38,483 bases of DNA from Catajapyx aquilonaris. Its lineage: Eukaryota. A model generated the notes under the pieces. It had not been told where the DNA came from. It worked only from the letters and a program-made list of their open reading frames with translations, and made no database searches. Shown here piece by piece: positions 34,359 to 38,483 of this stretch. The translations under genes were made by a program, and so were the position numbers. Position 1 is the first letter of the stretch. Each line of letters begins with the position of its first letter. Where the stretch lies: the NCBI GenBank assembly GCA_000934665.2, contig KZ538964.1, positions 1 through 38,483 on the forward strand. The letters are read 5' to 3'.

Positions 34359-34631
34359 CTGAAGCGTGGGTTAGTTTGTTAACTCATCACCTTATTGACC
34401 AAAGATCCAACACAGGCACTTTACAATACCACCAAGTGAGATTAGTTTCAAAGGTAAGAAAGTTCTACAATGAACCATATGAGCCCCAATAACTTCCATT
34501 TCAGTATCATTATCCTCCCCCTGTGTGCCATGGCACAATGTGAGTCTAACACCAAATGGAAAATATTTACAACCTCACCTGCAACAAAACAAGGAGCATA
34601 CAAGAGTGGATCAAATTAATAATGAGACAAG

Positions 34632-34862
34632 TCGTCTGGCAACCTAACCTCCAGGGGGACTGCACATGATCCTTTTTCAGACATTGCACTTGCACCTGTG
34701 TCTCCTCCCAAGAAATCCCCCATCCCTACCTCATGTCCTTTCATCCTTGCACCGGAGTGGAAGAAAAATACAGAAAATTGATGGAAAATGGTGGTATTCC
34801 ACACCCCCTTAGAGGGCCTCTGGCCCTATCACAGGGTAATGTTTAAAAAAAGAAAAAAAAAA
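34632..34862 (+). mobile_element. Degenerate 3' part of SINE family C
   Basis: GTCTGGCAACCT.AACCTCC.GGGGGACT.CACATG matches ~37851-37886; ends with the shared tail hairpin and an A-run. Confidence 0.55.
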
Positions 34863-34993
34863 GTGAAATAATTAAATTGTTATTGGCAGTTTTGGAAGCT
34901 GCTCTCGAGTGATAGCTGTGACCTCATATGGGATTCAAAAGTTCAATCAGTTTGCCAATAAGGAAGTGTCAGTGATACAGTCGCTGTGTAAAG

Positions 34994-35180
34994 ATGATGG
35001 TGCACCTTCAGTCATGCACTGAGGAGGATAAGGGAGCTGTTACCTGGTTTTGGGCAAAGAACAGACAAAACCCATTGAAATGTATCGGAAAATATAAGCA
35101 CTACGCGGATCTCCCATGTATCTTGCAGTCACTTGCATGTGAGCGGTATAAAATATTTCAGAAAGATGAATGTAGTCCAT
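34994..35180 (+). mobile_element. Decayed mariner transposase N-terminus
   Basis: MMVHLQSCTEEDKGAVTWFWAK.. resembles the mariner N-terminal E(Q)RAVI.FLWA motif; frame disrupted, no TIR pair found. Confidence 0.4.
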
Positions 35181-36071
35181 CAGGCCAGTGCAATGGAGCC
35201 ATAACACTGGAATTTTTTTACATCAGTCACAGGCCTGAGATTGCAAGGGATATGGTATCTATACTATTAATATCCTACTGTGATGGTGATTCCTCCCGCT
35301 GTGTACAGCCTACAGCATTGGAAGTGATGTCAAATTTTAGCCGGCGTGTCCTATATTTGCAATAAATTTTTGTTTTTTGGAAATAGTGACCAGGGAATTT
35401 ATAAAACGCAAAAAACGCAGACTGCCTAAAAAAACCAACCACCATGGAGTTCCCATAAACGCCGTTCCGGTCGCGGGCGCTACCTCCGCACCGTCTTACT
35501 TCGGTACTTCGCCGTCGGATGTCTCCGCCTGGTCTGCGTCTCTCTCTATCCCTCTCTCCCTACTCCACTTTCGCAATTTTGCCTAATTTTTTTGCCTCAT
35601 TTTGGCAAGTTGGTGCCTAGGATCTCTATATTGTGCTTCTATTCGCCAATACATTTAGATGTCTTTTGTCCCTTATGTGCACAAAAACATAATGAGTGCT
35701 CTTTAATCCATCTTGGTGAGTCTGAATGGGCACCGCTATCTTTAAGCAAATTCTGCCTGACTCAGACTACACCTATGGGCAAACTGTCTGAAGTTATGAG
35801 AACCATATGAGTCTGCAACTGTCCCTGTCCCAGGCATCCCAAAAGGTGGGTTTTTAAACAATTTCATGGCACAATTCTCGTTTTCATTTGATCAAGTATA
35901 TCCTGAGAACAAAACTTCGATTTAGGCTACGTTGTATATCACTCATTTTCCTTGGCAAGGCATCCTTGACAAGTGACTATACTCTTCAGATGGGCCATGA
36001 GTGGAAGGGAAAACATTGCATATATAATTTGTGGGCAATTTTTGCAACCCTATCCCCCCAGTCCAAATATA

Positions 36072-36650
36072 CAGGGTGGATCAGAAGTTGGTACCTATTT
36101 TTATTTCCGCATAACTTTCCAACGAGTACACCTACGTAAGTCAAACCTGATTCAAAATGTGCGGGAATTCATAAGAATTTATCTGGGTGACACTTTGCTA
36201 CTGTGGCACTGCTAGCGAGCGTAGCTTTACACTTCTTCCGCGGTGGCACTGTTAGAGGGCGCATGTTGACACTTCTTGCCATGGTGGCGCTGATAACGGG
36301 GGCAGCTGTGAACAAAATGTCGGACCACTTGTCTGTGACATACAAATGGGGTCAGAGTGTTCAGGGGCTGGCCTGTGATATCACAGAGAGCGAGAGAGGT
36401 GATCCGACATTTTGTTCACAGCTGCCTCCGTTATCAGCGCCACCACGGCAAAGTGTCAACCTGCGCCTGCTAACAGCGCCACCGCGGAAGTGTAAAGCTG
36501 CGCTCACTAGCAGTGCCACAGTAGCAAAGTGTCATCCAGATAAATTCTTAGAAATTCCCGCACATTTTGAATCCTGTTTGACTTCTGTAGGTGCACTCGT
36601 TGGAAAGTTATTTGGAAATAAAAATAGGTACCGACTTCTGATCCACCCTG
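36072..36650. mobile_element. Tc1/mariner-type MITE with ~255-bp arms
   Basis: TA|CAGGGTGGATCAGAAGT.GGTACCTATTTTTATTTCC TIRs, TA on both sides; explains ORF 36203-36766. Confidence 0.88.
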
Positions 36651-36673
36651 TAGTACATAATCTCTCTTTCCCC

Positions 36674-36692
36674 NNNNNNNNNNNNNNNNNNN
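36674..36692. other. Assembly gap (N run)
   Basis: 19 Ns between a C-run and poly-A. Confidence 0.95.
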
Positions 36693-37319
36693 AAAAAAAA
36701 AAAAAAAAACAATACAATTTTTATTGGTGCTGTTTGGATTTTGGGCAATATTATGATGAGAATTGAAGCTTGATTAGTGTCTTTCATTTCTGAATATCGA
36801 TAATAATGTCATAATTGGCAAATTCTCTCCTTCCCTTATCTTACAGTGTTGTCAAACAGTCAAACTTCTCACACTATCAACAAGCCTCATAATCTAAATT
36901 GTCATTATTCAACAAGGACAATTGTGATGCTCCACCAGAAAAAATAAATAATATGCACATCACATAAAGGGGGATACACAAAAAGAATTTGCGGCAGCGG
37001 CAAGCGGCGCGTTTAACGCTTCACCGTGCAGTTTACATAAAATTTTTGCCGTGTACACAGGGCTTGGGGCGCGACAAATATTCCGCGTGTCAAGGACATG
37101 CCAGCCAGAATGAGCTGCGCACTATTTGTCGCGTGACATTTATTTGTGAAACGGGCTTAACTCTCGGGAGCACTGCTCAAGTAAAAAGCTACTCACTACA
37201 TTAGAAACCCATAGCCTAAGATGATTATGGATTTGTGTATAACCACAAGACAACCATTTGTTGCTACTGCACTACATCTGCATATAATTTCAATTACTTG
37301 TTAAGTCTAAGCCTGACAA

Positions 37320-37667
37320 TAATAATAATAATAATATAATAATAATAATTGGTTGGGTAATGCTTTCGCCCTATCAGGGTTTATCGCATGGACCTTTATT
37401 TGTTGTGTACATTGGAACCTTTATACGTATCGCCCGGGCCCACGGGCAGGATGACAGGAGGGGATGTGCAAGTGCAGTGCATCTGACGTGTGGCCATTTT
37501 TAGTGAGCTCCCCCGGGTGGTTTAGTCTGTAGGAAATACCACCCGAGACGAAGCCAGAGGTGACCGACCTCTGCACGAGATGAAGGGGGTGTCCCCGGGC
37601 TGGGATCGAACCCGGGACCTTAACATCCGTGGGTGCGCACGTTACCGCGGCGCCACTCCGTCTCCCT
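37320..37667 (-). mobile_element. tRNA-derived SINE (family B), copy 2
   Basis: Box A TGGCGCCGCGG, box B GGTTCGATCCC, (TAT)n tail, 15-bp TSD GTCTAAGCCTGACAA. Confidence 0.9.
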
Positions 37668-37723
37668 GTCTAAGCCTGACAACACTAGTAAGAGTGGGTC
37701 TCCAGTCATCAATATCTTATATC

Positions 37724-38076
37724 GGGGAGGTGTGGTGGCCGTGATGGTAACGTCTCGGCTTGCTGAGTGAAAGGCCCCAGGTTCGATCCCCGCCTGGGGA
37801 ACTTTCCTTTCACCTGCGTCGGGAGGGTCTCTGACCTGCACCAAGGAGGTGTCTGGCAACCTTAACCTCCTGGGGGACTACACATGGCCCAAAAGCCATA
37901 GGACAATGCACCTGCACAAGTGTCCCCTCCCCAACAATCCCTTTCCCTACCCTATATCCTAGTATTCCTTGCACGGAGATTGAAGTTAATTGAAAAACTG
38001 TATGGTGGTCTGCCACCCCCCAAAAGGCCCATAGAGGGCCATCAAGGGGTACGTAAAATAAAATAAAATAAAATAA
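37724..38076 (+). mobile_element. tRNA-derived SINE (family C)
   Basis: Box A TGGCCGTGATGG, box B GGTTCGATCCC, (TAAAA)n tail, 10-bp TSD ATCTTATATC. Confidence 0.88.
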
Positions 38077-38116
38077 ATCTTATATCAAGACTAGATATAA
38101 GGCAATTATGCTCTAA

Positions 38117-38241
38117 GGGCCGGTTTCACCGAGCTCAGTATATGATAAAACCAGGGTATTTCTCAAAATCCCTATCTATTTGTATGGATTTTCTTAAAGA
38201 AACCTGGTTTTATCATATACCAAGCTCGGTGAAACCGGCCC
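38117..38241 (-). mobile_element. PIF/Harbinger MITE, 125 bp, copy 2
   Basis: Inverted near-identical copy of 795-919, TAA on both sides. Confidence 0.85.
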
Positions 38242-38379
38242 TAAAAAGCATCAAGACATACTGTATACATGCAAATATTTTCCATATATTAACATACCCT
38301 ATGTGTTCTCACATATTCCCCAAAAACAACAAGGTGCAGCGCAAAGTGAGCATGGTCTAAGTAAAAAGTTTGTACTGTA

Positions 38380-38483
38380 CGAGGGAGGTTCAATAATTTA
38401 TCTACCTGAGTATCAAAATGAACACCTTTATTGAAATCCTCCTAATCATTTTTTAATATAGTCCCCCTTGAGCTCTACACACT
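38380..38483 (-). mobile_element. 3' end of a mariner element, cut by the window edge
   Basis: TA|CGAGGGAGGTTCAATAA TIR; minus strand reads CVELKGDYIKK-stop, a typical mariner C-terminus. Confidence 0.75.

Noticed and set aside
34391..34464. Third C2A mutually exclusive exon (NFLTFETNLTWWYCKVPVLDLWSIR, phase 0-2)
   Set aside because: Open frame, but weak GTGATG donor and no D-x-D..LGR motif; probably chance
34616..34804. Minus-strand ORF containing GDFLGG as another C2A exon
   Set aside because: Overlaps a degenerate SINE copy and lacks suitable splice sites
36203..36766. 187-aa ORF with hydrophobic N-terminus
   Set aside because: Lies in a palindromic MITE and crosses an N gap; no recognisable domain
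1..38483. CRISPR array, prokaryotic operon or defence system
   Set aside because: No regularly spaced repeat-spacer array; spliceosomal introns and SINEs show the DNA is eukaryotic

Overview
Eukaryotic, AT-rich genomic DNA, very probably from an arthropod (55-60 nt GT-AG introns, Drosophila-like Esyt2 sequence, insect-type TEs). Two convergent protein-coding genes are supported. (1) A complete six-exon palmitoyl-protein thioesterase 1 gene (PPT1, + strand, 13630-14966, 309 aa, GFSQG/D/H triad intact). (2) The 3' part of an extended synaptotagmin gene (Esyt2-like, - strand, from the C2A loop-3 exon at ~34.3 kb to the stop at 22685); its 5' exons were not found and presumably lie beyond the window. 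Most other entries in the ORF track appear to be chance ORFs or TE debris. Much of the rest is a dense patchwork of non-autonomous DNA transposons (Tc1/mariner, pogo/Tigger, PIF/Harbinger, hAT, piggyBac-like, Kolobok-like, Sola2-like), tRNA-derived SINEs with clear TSDs, and microsatellites. The most interesting signals are: hidden alternative exons in Esyt2 (a mutually exclusive pair in C2A, a 42-nt cassette in C2B, a 27-nt microexon before C2C); long near-perfect fold-back elements just downstream of both genes; and a 3' stem-loop shared by several different retroposons. I see no evidence for a wholly new multi-gene system. All coordinates and alignments were done by eye, and all family similarities are from recall, not database searches.
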